Positions 31,454-40,107 of a stretch of DNA of 64,000 bases are shown piece after piece (within the stretch, counting starts at the first letter, position 1; each line of letters opens with the position of its first letter). Both the position numbers and the translations under genes were made by a program. The notes beneath the pieces are model-generated. The model made no database searches. It had not been told where the DNA came from and worked only from the letters and a program-made list of their open reading frames with translations. The DNA comes from an uncultured Planctomycetales bacterium (GTDB lineage Bacteria; Omnitrophota; Gorgyraeia; Gygaellales; Profunditerraquicolaceae), in assembly GCA_964542785.1 (NCBI GenBank), contig CAZIUK010000001.1:133115-197114 (forward strand). The letters run 5' to 3'.

Positions 31454-31699
31454 ATGGCAGAAAAACTCGTGAAGTTAGGAATCAAAAGGGAAAAAGGTTA
31501 CCTCTATTTTATTGATAAGCAAGGCGATGTTTCATGTACTAAAATGGCACGCGGCGCTAAAAAAGGCGGTGGAAAGAAGAAGGTAGCCAAGTGTGGCATC
31601 AAAAGAAAAGACGGTTACCTTTATTTCCTTGATAAAAAAGGCGATGTTTCTTGTGCAAAGATGAAAAGAGGCGGAAAGAAGAAAAAGAAGAAAAGATAA
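31454..31699 (+). CDS. small (81 aa) lysine-rich protein made of two tandem 35-aa repeats (G[IV]KRxxGYLYFxDKxGDVSCxKMxRG)
   Basis: Internal tandem duplication visible at protein and DNA level (about 80% nt identity between 31493-31545 and 31604-31656); Lys/Gly-rich tails. Confidence 0.5.
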   Translation: MAEKLVKLGIKREKGYLYFIDKQGDVSCTKMARGAKKGGGKKKVAKCGIKRKDGYLYFLDKKGDVSCAKMKRGGKKKKKKR

Positions 31700-31716
31700 C
31701 GCCTTTTTAAAACCCT

Positions 31717-31758
31717 ACAGGGACGGCTCTGTTTCTTAAAATATAGAACCGTCCCTGT
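31717..31758 (+). repeat. GC-rich hairpin ACAGGGACGG...CCGTCCCTGT (10-bp stem) between the small basic gene and uvrA
   Basis: Perfect 10-bp inverted repeat; motif GGGACGGCTCTG resembles the REP core GGGGACGCTCTCC. Confidence 0.5.
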
Positions 31759-31771
31759 GGCTTAACCGTTC

Positions 31772-34564
31772 ATGTTAAATACTGACTCAATAATTATCCG
31801 TGGGGCAAAGGAACACAACCTTAAAAATATAGACCTTAAGCTTCCCCGCAATAAACTTATTGTATTTACCGGGCTCTCTGGCTCAGGAAAATCAAGTTTG
31901 GCCTTTGATACTATCTATGCTGAAAGCCAGCGCAGGTTTGTAGAGAGTTTGTCAAGTTATGCGCGGCAATTCTTAGAACAGCTTCAAAAACCGAACTTAG
32001 AGTATATCTTGGGGCTCTCTCCATCAATAGCTATTGAACAGAGGTCTGCCGGAGGGAATCCTCGTTCAATAGTAGCCACGCAAACTGAAATTTATGATTA
32101 CCTAAGAATACTCTTTGCGCGTATCGGAGAGGTTTTTTGTTATAGATGCAAAAAACCCATACAAAGGCAAAGCGCTCAAGAGATTGTAGACAAAATCCTT
32201 TCTCTTCCCACAGCTACCCAGATAAATATACTCGCTCCTTTAGTAAGAGGCAAGAAGGGTGAATATAGGGATATCTTTATTTCAATCCAGAAGGCAGGAT
32301 TTAGCCGTGTGAGGATTGATAAGAGAGTATATGAACTTCCGGTAAAATTAAAACTAGCCCGTTATAAAACGCATAATATTGAGGTTGTAGTTGATAGACT
32401 AATAGTAAAAGATGACATACGCTCCCGTTTGACAGATTCAGTAGAGACTGCGCTTAAGGTAGGCAAGGGGAATATAATATTAACTTACGATAAAAAAGAA
32501 ATATTCTTTAGCGAAGAGTATGCTTGTTTAAGCTGCGGGATAAGTTATACTGAAGTAGAGCCAAGAGTCTTTTCTTTTAATTCCCCTTATGGCGCTTGCC
32601 CTGAATGCAATGGTTTAGGAAATAAACTTAAATTTGACCCTGACTTAGTAGTTCCTGATAAGACAAAGTCTATTAATGATGGCGCTTTAGTCCCCTGGAA
32701 ACGTGGGGGGAGGGGTTATATGCTTTACTACCGTTGGCTATTGCGCAGTTTAGCTTCTTTATTAAAATTTAGTTTAGATACCCCGTTTAATAAATTAAGC
32801 AAAGATGTGCAAAAGGCAATCCTCTATGGTTCAGAAGAGATAATAGGAAATAAGCCTTTTGAGGGGTTAATCCCCCATCTAAACCGCCTTTTTAATGAGA
32901 CTGATAGCGATTATTTAAAGGAAGAGTTATCCCGTTTTATCTCCAGTCTCTCTTGTCCTTTGTGTAAAGGAGCGCGTTTAAAAAGAGAGAGCCTGTCAGT
33001 TAAGATAAGAAATAAGAATATATGGGAAGTAACGCAGATGTCCGTAAAGAGTGCGCATAACTTCTTTAGCACTTTAGAATTAACTGCAAAAGAGCGTATA
33101 ATTGCCCAGCAGGCGCTTAAAGAGATAATCCGTAAATTAAAGTTTTGTATTGATGTGGGGTTAGATTACCTTACCTTAGATAGGAAAAGTTCTACTCTTT
33201 CAGGGGGCGAGGCGCAGAGGATAAAGCTTGCTACCCAAGTTGGTTCCGGCCTTGTGGGTGTTTTATATGTATTAGATGAGCCGAGCATAGGATTACACCA
33301 AAAAGATAATATTAAACTTCTTTCTACCTTAAAATCGTTAAGAGATCTTGGAAATACCTTAATAGTAGTTGAGCATGATGAATCTACAATTATTAATGCA
33401 GATTACATCGTAGATTTAGGTCCTTATGCCGGCAAGAACGGAGGAGAGGTTGTCTTTGCCGGTACAAAAGATAGCCTGCTTAAGGACAAAAGATCTCTTA
33501 CTGCTAAATACCTAAGAAGAGAGTTAAAAATACCCCTGCCGCAGGAAAGAAGAGATTGGAGGAAGAAAAAATTTCTGGAGATTAAAGGGGCAAGCGAGCA
33601 TAACCTTAAAAATATAGATGTCCGTTTTCCCCTAGGTACATTTATTGGCATAACCGGGCTCTCTGGTTCAGGTAAATCTACCCTTATTGACGAGACCTTA
33701 TTCCGCGCCCTTTCTCAGAGGCTTTATCACTCAAAAGAAAAGCCCGGGGCTTTTAAGAAGCTTTTAGGAATAGAGTTTATAGATAAGGTTATAGTAGTGG
33801 ATCAATCCCCTATAGGAAGAACTCCCCGTTCAAACCCGGCTACATATACAGGAGTATTTAACCATATCCGCGATATCTTTAGTCTCTTGCCGTCCTCTAA
33901 GGCAAGAGGATTCTCGCCGGGCAGGTTTTCTTTTAATGTAAAAGGAGGGCGTTGTGAAGCTTGCCAAGGAGACGGGGTTAAGAGGATTGAGATGCACTTT
34001 TTACCTGAGGTGTATGTAAAGTGCGATATCTGTAATGGCGCAAGGTTTAATGAGGCTACTTTAAGTGTTAAGTACAAGGGCAGGTCAATAGCGGATATTC
34101 TTTCTATGACCGTAGAAGAGGCGATTAACCTTTTTAAAAATATACCTAAGGTTAATAATATACTCTCTTATTTATATGATGTAGGGTTAGGTTATATTCA
34201 GCTTGGACAGTCGGCAACTACTCTTTCAGGAGGAGAGGCGCAACGGATTAAACTCTCCTCAGAGTTAAGTAAGCGCGCTACGGGAAATACTCTTTATTTA
34301 CTTGATGAGCCTACTACCGGGCTTCATTTTGCTGATGTTGAAAAATTGATTGCTGTTTTGCAAAGGTTAGTAGATAAGGGAAATACAGTAATAGTAATTG
34401 AGCATAATCTTGAAGTAATTAAGAGCGTTGATTATATTATAGATTTAGGCCCGGAAGGAGGAGATGGGGGAGGAAGGTTGGTTGCTTGTGGTTCGCCTGA
34501 GGATATCGCAAGGAGCAACTCCTCTTATACCGGAGAGTTTTTAAGGAAGGTATTAAATGCTTAG
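31772..34564 (+). CDS. uvrA: excinuclease ABC subunit A
   Basis: 930 aa, two ABC ATPase modules ([28 protein letters not shown]), zinc-finger CxxC motifs. Confidence 0.95.
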   Translation: MLNTDSIIIRGAKEHNLKNIDLKLPRNKLIVFTGLSGSGKSSLAFDTIYAESQRRFVESLSSYARQFLEQLQKPNLEYILGLSPSIAIEQRSAGGNPRSIVATQTEIYDYLRILFARIGEVFCYRCKKPIQRQSAQEIVDKILSLPTATQINILAPLVRGKKGEYRDIFISIQKAGFSRVRIDKRVYELPVKLKLARYKTHNIEVVVDRLIVKDDIRSRLTDSVETALKVGKGNIILTYDKKEIFFSEEYACLSCGISYTEVEPRVFSFNSPYGACPECNGLGNKLKFDPDLVVPDKTKSINDGALVPWKRGGRGYMLYYRWLLRSLASLLKFSLDTPFNKLSKDVQKAILYGSEEIIGNKPFEGLIPHLNRLFNETDSDYLKEELSRFISSLSCPLCKGARLKRESLSVKIRNKNIWEVTQMSVKSAHNFFSTLELTAKERIIAQQALKEIIRKLKFCIDVGLDYLTLDRKSSTLSGGEAQRIKLATQVGSGLVGVLYVLDEPSIGLHQKDNIKLLSTLKSLRDLGNTLIVVEHDESTIINADYIVDLGPYAGKNGGEVVFAGTKDSLLKDKRSLTAKYLRRELKIPLPQERRDWRKKKFLEIKGASEHNLKNIDVRFPLGTFIGITGLSGSGKSTLIDETLFRALSQRLYHSKEKPGAFKKLLGIEFIDKVIVVDQSPIGRTPRSNPATYTGVFNHIRDIFSLLPSSKARGFSPGRFSFNVKGGRCEACQGDGVKRIEMHFLPEVYVKCDICNGARFNEATLSVKYKGRSIADILSMTVEEAINLFKNIPKVNNILSYLYDVGLGYIQLGQSATTLSGGEAQRIKLSSELSKRATGNTLYLLDEPTTGLHFADVEKLIAVLQRLVDKGNTVIVIEHNLEVIKSVDYIIDLGPEGGDGGGRLVACGSPEDIARSNSSYTGEFLRKVLNA

Positions 34565-36488
34565 GCGTTTTAGAGTAATAGTTATATTGTTTATATCCTT
34601 TTTCTATTACCTTTTTTTGCCTATGAAAGTTTTATCTTCTGATAAAGAGGAAGAGCTCTTCTTTATGGCGAGTAAGGCATTTGAAGACGGATACTATGAG
34701 GCAAGCTTAGGGCTTTTTAACCGCTTTAAAAGGGAGTTTCCTGTTTCATCTAAATTGGCCGAAGTAGATTTTTTAATAGGAGAGGTATTTTTTTACCAGA
34801 ATAAGCTTAATGAGGCGCTTGCAATTTTTGAGAGACTTTTAAAGAGCCGTTATGCGGCAAATATAAATGACGCTCTTATCTATTGGGTTGCCGAAACTTA
34901 TTTTAAAAAGAATGATTTTGCCAAATCTATCCAAAACTATAAAAAATTAATATCACGCTTCCCTAACTCTGCCTATATTCCTCCAGCTCTATATTCTTTA
35001 GGTTGGTCCTTAATCGAAGAAGGTAGCTACAAAGAGGCGCTTGAGTACCTTAAGGCAGTAGAAGAAAAATACCCGGATGAACCGCAATCTTTGGATGCGT
35101 CTTTTAAGTCTCTTGAGTGTTTTTATGGCCTTAAAGAATATAAAACCTTAAAAGAAAAGGCTGGCAGGTTATTAAAATCCTTATTAAGCGATAAAACGCG
35201 TCTGTCTTATTTGTATTTTTATCTTGCAGAGGCAAATTATTATTTAGAAGATTTTAATTGCGCTTTAGAGTTTTATATGAAAGTTTTAAATGAAGCTAGC
35301 GATAACAAGCTAATTTCTTTAGCGCGCTTAGGCTCTGCCTGGGCTTATATCAAGCTTAACGAATACGCAAAAGCTGATACACAGCTTTCTTTATTATCCA
35401 AAGAAGGGCTTAATAAAAAGAATTTGACAACTTTAGCCTTAGGCAAGGCTAATATATCTTTAAATCAAGGCAAGTTAGAAGAAGCCAAAGGTTTTTTTGA
35501 AGAGGTTTTAACCTTAAGCCAAGAGGATGCCCTCAGAGAATCTGCTCTTCTTAAAATCGGAGATATAAATTATAGCCTTGCTAATTACTCTAAGGCGTTA
35601 GAGTATTATAATTTGGCTTTAAAAAATTATCCCAAAGGCTGCAATAAAGATTATGCTTTGTATCAAAAGAGTTTAGCGGTTTATGCTTTAGGCCTGGAGT
35701 ATTTTCAAAAAGGAGATTACAGGGCAAGCATTAGCCTGCTTGAGGGGTATAGTAAAAAGTTCAAAGGCTCTTTATTTTTAGCCGAGGTTTCGTATTTACT
35801 GGGGAGTTCTTATTACAATATAGGACTTTTCACCAAGGCTATAGAAAATTTTAAGATGATACTTTCTTCTTCTCAAGATATTCATCTTATCCAGAAGGCA
35901 GAATATAGTTTGGCAGATTCTTATTATAATTTAGAGGATGAGAAAGAGGCTGTTTTTCGTTTTAACGCCTTACGCTCTAAGTACCCGGGTTCAGAGATTG
36001 CAGCTAAGGCGTTATTTTGGTTGGCAGGTTATTACTATCAGCATAATGAGCTTGGCATAGCATCAAGGTATTTTCTTTGCCTTGTGCAGGACTATCCTGA
36101 TAGCGATTTAATTAGGGAAGCTTATTATTCCTTAGGTGTTATTTTTTCTAACCAGGGTAGGCATAAGGAGGCAATTATAAATTTTACTAAGGCTGCCTTA
36201 GCAGAGGACCAAAAGATAAAACTTGCTTCTATATTTGCCTTAGCTGAAGTATACGAGTCTATGGGAGAAGCTGACAGCGCTATTCAGGAATATCTGAAAG
36301 CTTCTGTAAGCGAGGAGTTTAGGGAAAAAGTTTATTTAAGAGTAGCGCGGATATACGAAGATAGGGAAGATTTTAAAGAGGCAGAAGTATTTTATAAAAA
36401 GGTTATTGAGGCAAAAGGCAAATTAAGTGCTTATGCTAAAGAAAGAGCTAATCTTTTAGAGCAAAACTATAAAAAAGTAGTTGACTAA
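34557..36488 (+). CDS. TPR repeat protein (YbgF/BamD-like repeats) with N-terminal signal-anchor; possible PilF/PilW-type pilus biogenesis factor
   Basis: N-terminal hydrophobic segment then more than 12 TPR-like units; located immediately upstream of type IV pilus module 1. Confidence 0.45.
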   Translation: MLRRFRVIVILFISFFYYLFLPMKVLSSDKEEELFFMASKAFEDGYYEASLGLFNRFKREFPVSSKLAEVDFLIGEVFFYQNKLNEALAIFERLLKSRYAANINDALIYWVAETYFKKNDFAKSIQNYKKLISRFPNSAYIPPALYSLGWSLIEEGSYKEALEYLKAVEEKYPDEPQSLDASFKSLECFYGLKEYKTLKEKAGRLLKSLLSDKTRLSYLYFYLAEANYYLEDFNCALEFYMKVLNEASDNKLISLARLGSAWAYIKLNEYAKADTQLSLLSKEGLNKKNLTTLALGKANISLNQGKLEEAKGFFEEVLTLSQEDALRESALLKIGDINYSLANYSKALEYYNLALKNYPKGCNKDYALYQKSLAVYALGLEYFQKGDYRASISLLEGYSKKFKGSLFLAEVSYLLGSSYYNIGLFTKAIENFKMILSSSQDIHLIQKAEYSLADSYYNLEDEKEAVFRFNALRSKYPGSEIAAKALFWLAGYYYQHNELGIASRYFLCLVQDYPDSDLIREAYYSLGVIFSNQGRHKEAIINFTKAALAEDQKIKLASIFALAEVYESMGEADSAIQEYLKASVSEEFREKVYLRVARIYEDREDFKEAEVFYKKVIEAKGKLSAYAKERANLLEQNYKKVVD

Positions 36489-36523
36489 AAATGCTTTTAT
36501 TATAAAATAGAATTCTGGAGGAG

Positions 36524-36736
36524 ATGATGATTACAGAGATAGGAATTGTAGCAGGAGAGATTTGGCACTATCTTGACCAGCATGGGGAGGTTAACCTCTC
36601 GACCTTGGTAAAGGGCATTGATAGATCCCGGGATAATGTTTTAATGAGTTTAGGTTGGCTTGCAAGAGAAGGCCATGTGTTAATGGAAGGGTTTGTAGCA
36701 GGTGATTATAAGATATCCTTAAGAAAAGATGGTTAG
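36524..36736 (+). CDS. small winged helix-turn-helix DNA-binding protein
   Basis: 70 aa; predicted helix-turn-helix (LSTLVKGI / RDNVLMSLGWLAREGHV) followed by a wing hairpin; stop overlaps start of the PilX-like gene. Confidence 0.4.
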   Translation: MMITEIGIVAGEIWHYLDQHGEVNLSTLVKGIDRSRDNVLMSLGWLAREGHVLMEGFVAGDYKISLRKDG

Positions 36737-37148
36737 AAATAGCAAGGGCGCAATTTTAATTATTGTTCTTGCCACTGTAATTATAGTTTTTATTTTTTCC
36801 GGTGTTATTTTAAGTATAATTTCCAGCCAGTCACGCTTAACCCACCATCAGGTTTCACGTATCAAGGCCTATTATGCAACTAGAGGGATGATGAACTATG
36901 CCCTGGAGAAGCTTAGGACAGGCGATTGGGTTGCAAATCCTAAAGGAGGAGCTGATAAATACTTTTACTATAGAGATTGTATTGATCCTGTTTGCAAGAG
37001 CGATAAAGATAAAAAAAGAATCGATATAGATATAGAAGATCCGGATATTCCTTACAAGATTCAGATAACTATCCACCCTCCTGATGATGATAGATACCCT
37101 AATGACCCTAAAGGGGTCTCTAGACTTGAAATAAAGACCGAATATTAA
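36729..37148 (+). CDS. PilX-like minor pilin / pilus assembly protein (PilX N-terminal domain)
   Basis: KGAILIIVLATVIIVFIFSGVILSIISSQSRLTHHQVSRIKAYYATRGMMNYAL resembles the PilX N-terminal domain as I recall it. Confidence 0.45.
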   Translation: MVRNSKGAILIIVLATVIIVFIFSGVILSIISSQSRLTHHQVSRIKAYYATRGMMNYALEKLRTGDWVANPKGGADKYFYYRDCIDPVCKSDKDKKRIDIDIEDPDIPYKIQITIHPPDDDRYPNDPKGVSRLEIKTEY

Positions 37149-37287
37149 TAATACCTTAATCTTCCCCACTTTTTTATTTTTTAAAATTAGAAAATTCTTA
37201 TCTAAAATCTATTTATTTTTATCGTCGGGTGTAATGTAACTATAGTTAAGTCTAAGTAAGTTTATAATAAAATATATAAAAAAACAC

Positions 37288-37316
37288 TTGACAAATTAAA
37301 TCTATTATGTTTTAAT
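37288..37316 (+). promoter_or_regulatory. putative promoter of pilus module 1: TTGACA, 17-nt spacer, TTTAAT
   Basis: Shares the 13-mer ACTTGACAAATTA with the pilA promoter at 51077-51089. Confidence 0.4.
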
Positions 37317-37357
37317 TAAATTCCTCTTATCAGATGGAGTAAAAGAGGGTACAAATT

Positions 37358-37549
37358 ATGGCAAGGCTTATAAACATAGATGAATTGGCAGATTACCTTA
37401 AACTTAAGAAGCAGACTATTTATAATTGGCTTAATCAGGGTAAGATATCCGGTATAAAGGTAGGAGGAGTTTGGAGATTTGAGAGGAAGGATATTGATAG
37501 TTGGATTAAGAGCCGTAAACGTATATCCACGTCAGGAGATAAAAAATGA
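37358..37549 (+). CDS. excisionase-family helix-turn-helix DNA-binding protein
   Basis: LADYLKLKKQTIYNWLNQGKISGIKVGGVWRF is a MerR-superfamily / excisionase-type HTH; 4-nt overlap (ATGA) with the pilM-pilN start. Confidence 0.5.
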   Translation: MARLINIDELADYLKLKKQTIYNWLNQGKISGIKVGGVWRFERKDIDSWIKSRKRISTSGDKK

Positions 37550-39105
37550 ATAAGTTAGGCATATATTTTGGCCCCAACTTTATAAATTTTACTGAAACCA
37601 AAGGGAAAAAGCTAATAAATAATATTCAGGTTCCTTTTCTTGAGGCTTTAGATATGGAATTAGAAGAGAAAGTCCCTTTAGAGATAAAACTGGTAGCCGT
37701 TATTAATGAGACGCTAAGAACCGGTAGGATAGAAGCTAAAGAGGTTTCTCTTGTTTTATCAGGCAGGGACTTTATTATTCGCAGTTTTGAAATGCCGCAT
37801 TTGCCTAAAGAAGAGTTGGCTAGCGCTGTAAGATTTGAGGCAAAGAAGTATATCCCCTTTAAGGTTGAAGAGCTTGTTTCTGATTTTCAGGCTCAGGTGG
37901 CAAAGTCTTCTCGTATAAATAATATCCTATTTATGGGGCTTAAAAAAGATATACTTGAGAGGTATCTTACTGTTTTTAAGCAAGTTAATATTAAGGTCCG
38001 CAGATTAGAGTATTCAGGTTTTAGCATATTAAGAGGGCTTAAGCTTTTAAGGGTAAAGGAGAGCGGTATTATAGGCGTTCTTTGCGCTGATTTTTCTGGG
38101 GGGGATGATGCTAATTTTATAGTCCTTGAGAACGGTTTCCCACTTTTTAGTAGAGATATCAATTTGGCTTCAGGCCCTATACTTCAAGCAGGAACAGGTG
38201 ATTTCCAAGCTGAACCACAGGCTTTTTTAGATAAGTTAAAATCAGAGATGCGCATTTCTTTAGATTACTACCAACGTAAGTTTCCAGAAAAGAGAATTCA
38301 GCGCGTATTTTCTTTTATTAACCATGATTATTATCAGGAGCTTGAGTCTTATATGTCTGAATTTTACATCCCTTTTAAGCTCCTTGACTTTAATAAGCTT
38401 ATAGGCAGTGGCAGGGCTTATTCTTTAGGGCTTGTTAAAAGTTTTGGCGCATCTTTAGCTGATGTTATTCCTACTAAAGTAAAGATAAATCTTTCTGAGG
38501 TTAAGGCAGTGTCTAAGAGCGTAGGTGTAACTGATGCTAAATTTGATTTAGGCAATTTTTTAAAAGATGTTAAAATAGATTTACGTGTTATATTCTTAGG
38601 TATTTTTATCTGTATTGCCGCTTTTGCCTATAGTTTTTACAAGATTGTTCCGGTTAAAGAAGAATTAAATTCTGTAATTAAAAAAAGGGTAACACCAGGG
38701 GATATTGACCCTAATCTAAGCTTAAGCCAGCTTTCTGAGGTCGGCGCCGGATATAAGCAGAGGTTAAAGACTTTCGATAAATTGATAAAAGGAAAGTTTT
38801 ATCTTACTAAGGCATTAGATTCTATACCCCGGTGTATCCCTGAAGGAGTATGGCTTGTTAAATTCTCCTTTAATGAAGAAGCAGGCAAGCTTTCTTTATT
38901 GCTTGAGGGCAGGAGTTATCTGCGTTCTGCGGATAAAGAGTTTGAGGCGGTGAATAAATTTGTTAATAATTTAAAGAACGACTTTGTTTTATCAAATTAT
39001 TTCACAGGGATTGAATTAAATTCTGTAAAGTACGACACAACAGAGGATAAAGTACCTATAACTAAGTTTAATTTAATTTGCAAAAACTATAAGGATACTA
39101 GATAG
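37546..39105 (+). CDS. pilM: type IV pilus assembly protein PilM fused to a PilN-like TM and periplasmic domain
   Basis: Actin-like PilM domain (residues 1-330), single TM (LRVIFLGIFICIAAFAYSFY), then about 150-aa periplasmic PilN-like domain. Confidence 0.65.
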   Translation: MNKLGIYFGPNFINFTETKGKKLINNIQVPFLEALDMELEEKVPLEIKLVAVINETLRTGRIEAKEVSLVLSGRDFIIRSFEMPHLPKEELASAVRFEAKKYIPFKVEELVSDFQAQVAKSSRINNILFMGLKKDILERYLTVFKQVNIKVRRLEYSGFSILRGLKLLRVKESGIIGVLCADFSGGDDANFIVLENGFPLFSRDINLASGPILQAGTGDFQAEPQAFLDKLKSEMRISLDYYQRKFPEKRIQRVFSFINHDYYQELESYMSEFYIPFKLLDFNKLIGSGRAYSLGLVKSFGASLADVIPTKVKINLSEVKAVSKSVGVTDAKFDLGNFLKDVKIDLRVIFLGIFICIAAFAYSFYKIVPVKEELNSVIKKRVTPGDIDPNLSLSQLSEVGAGYKQRLKTFDKLIKGKFYLTKALDSIPRCIPEGVWLVKFSFNEEAGKLSLLLEGRSYLRSADKEFEAVNKFVNNLKNDFVLSNYFTGIELNSVKYDTTEDKVPITKFNLICKNYKDTR

Positions 39106-39106
39106 G

Positions 39107-39625
39107 ATGGATATATTAGCGGTTATTAACGAAAATAAAAATAAGTTTTTTGCTTTAGTTGTTATTCTATTTGCTTTTCTGATTGCTTACAGAATTTACG
39201 AATGGCGAGGTTCTCAAATTGCCTCTTTAAGTTCCGGTATAGTTGAAGAAGAAGAAAAGAATAAGATATTGGTTGATATAGGAAAGTTAAATGAAGGGCT
39301 TAACTTATATTATGCTCTTTTGGCTAAGCAGGATTCAGGCGTGGCTATGTCAGACATTAATAATATAGCAAAGGATACGGGGGTTAAGATTGCATCTATG
39401 CAGCCATTGGGAGAATCTTTGTCTGCAGAATACTCAAAATTTAGTTTTGATCTTTCTGTGGTTGCCCCTGATTACAATGTTTTAGCTAAATTTATCAATA
39501 GATTAGAAACATTTGAGCGCATTTATTTTATTGAATATTCAAATATTGATTCGCCTTCTTATAATAAAGATAAAGAGTTAAGGGTAAATTTACGTATAAG
39601 CACAATAGTGCTTTTAAAAAGATGA
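39107..39625 (+). CDS. pilO: PilO-like inner-membrane pilus assembly protein
   Basis: N-terminal TM, coiled coil, C-terminal ferredoxin-like region; position after pilMN. Confidence 0.4.
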   Translation: MDILAVINENKNKFFALVVILFAFLIAYRIYEWRGSQIASLSSGIVEEEEKNKILVDIGKLNEGLNLYYALLAKQDSGVAMSDINNIAKDTGVKIASMQPLGESLSAEYSKFSFDLSVVAPDYNVLAKFINRLETFERIYFIEYSNIDSPSYNKDKELRVNLRISTIVLLKR

Positions 39626-40092
39626 AAAACATAACAAGTTGTTTTATATTCCTTTTTATTATTATATTTTTGCAAGGAATTATAAATATTGCAAAACTTA
39701 AAGCTGAATCACCCAAAGATATATACGAGAATATACAGAAAGAATTCGGTAAAGGGCTTACAATAGAGGCTACGGACTTACGCCCAAAGGTAGAATACAG
39801 GGCTGATACCTTAAGGAATCCTTTTGAGCAGCCTTTAGTGTTTACAGAATCCGAAGAAGATGTGTCTTTCCAAGATAAAGACGAAAAGATCGCTCCTGAT
39901 TTAGTGGTTCAGGGCCTTATTTGGGGTAGTAGCCTGCCACAGGCGATTATAAATAATAAAGTAGTAAAAGTAGGAGATGTTATACAAGGGGCTGATATTA
40001 TAGATATAAGCAAAGAAGGGGTTTTAGTACTTTTTGCAGGTACAGAATATAAATTATCCACAAAGCCTGCCATGGGTCGGCAGGAGAGATAG
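39622..40092 (+). CDS. pilP: PilP-like pilus assembly protein
   Basis: Signal peptide; C-terminal beta domain (VVQGLIWGSSLPQAIINNKVVKVGDVIQGADIIDI) paralogous to 54948-55316. Confidence 0.4.
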   Translation: MKNITSCFIFLFIIIFLQGIINIAKLKAESPKDIYENIQKEFGKGLTIEATDLRPKVEYRADTLRNPFEQPLVFTESEEDVSFQDKDEKIAPDLVVQGLIWGSSLPQAIINNKVVKVGDVIQGADIIDISKEGVLVLFAGTEYKLSTKPAMGRQER

Positions 40093-40107
40093 AAAATAGG
40101 AGGGGCT

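Noticed and set aside
37358-37549. Prophage or integrative element suggested by an excisionase-family HTH gene
   Set aside because: No integrase, attachment-site repeats or phage structural genes are nearby. The gene overlaps pilM and is more plausibly a pilus-locus regulator.
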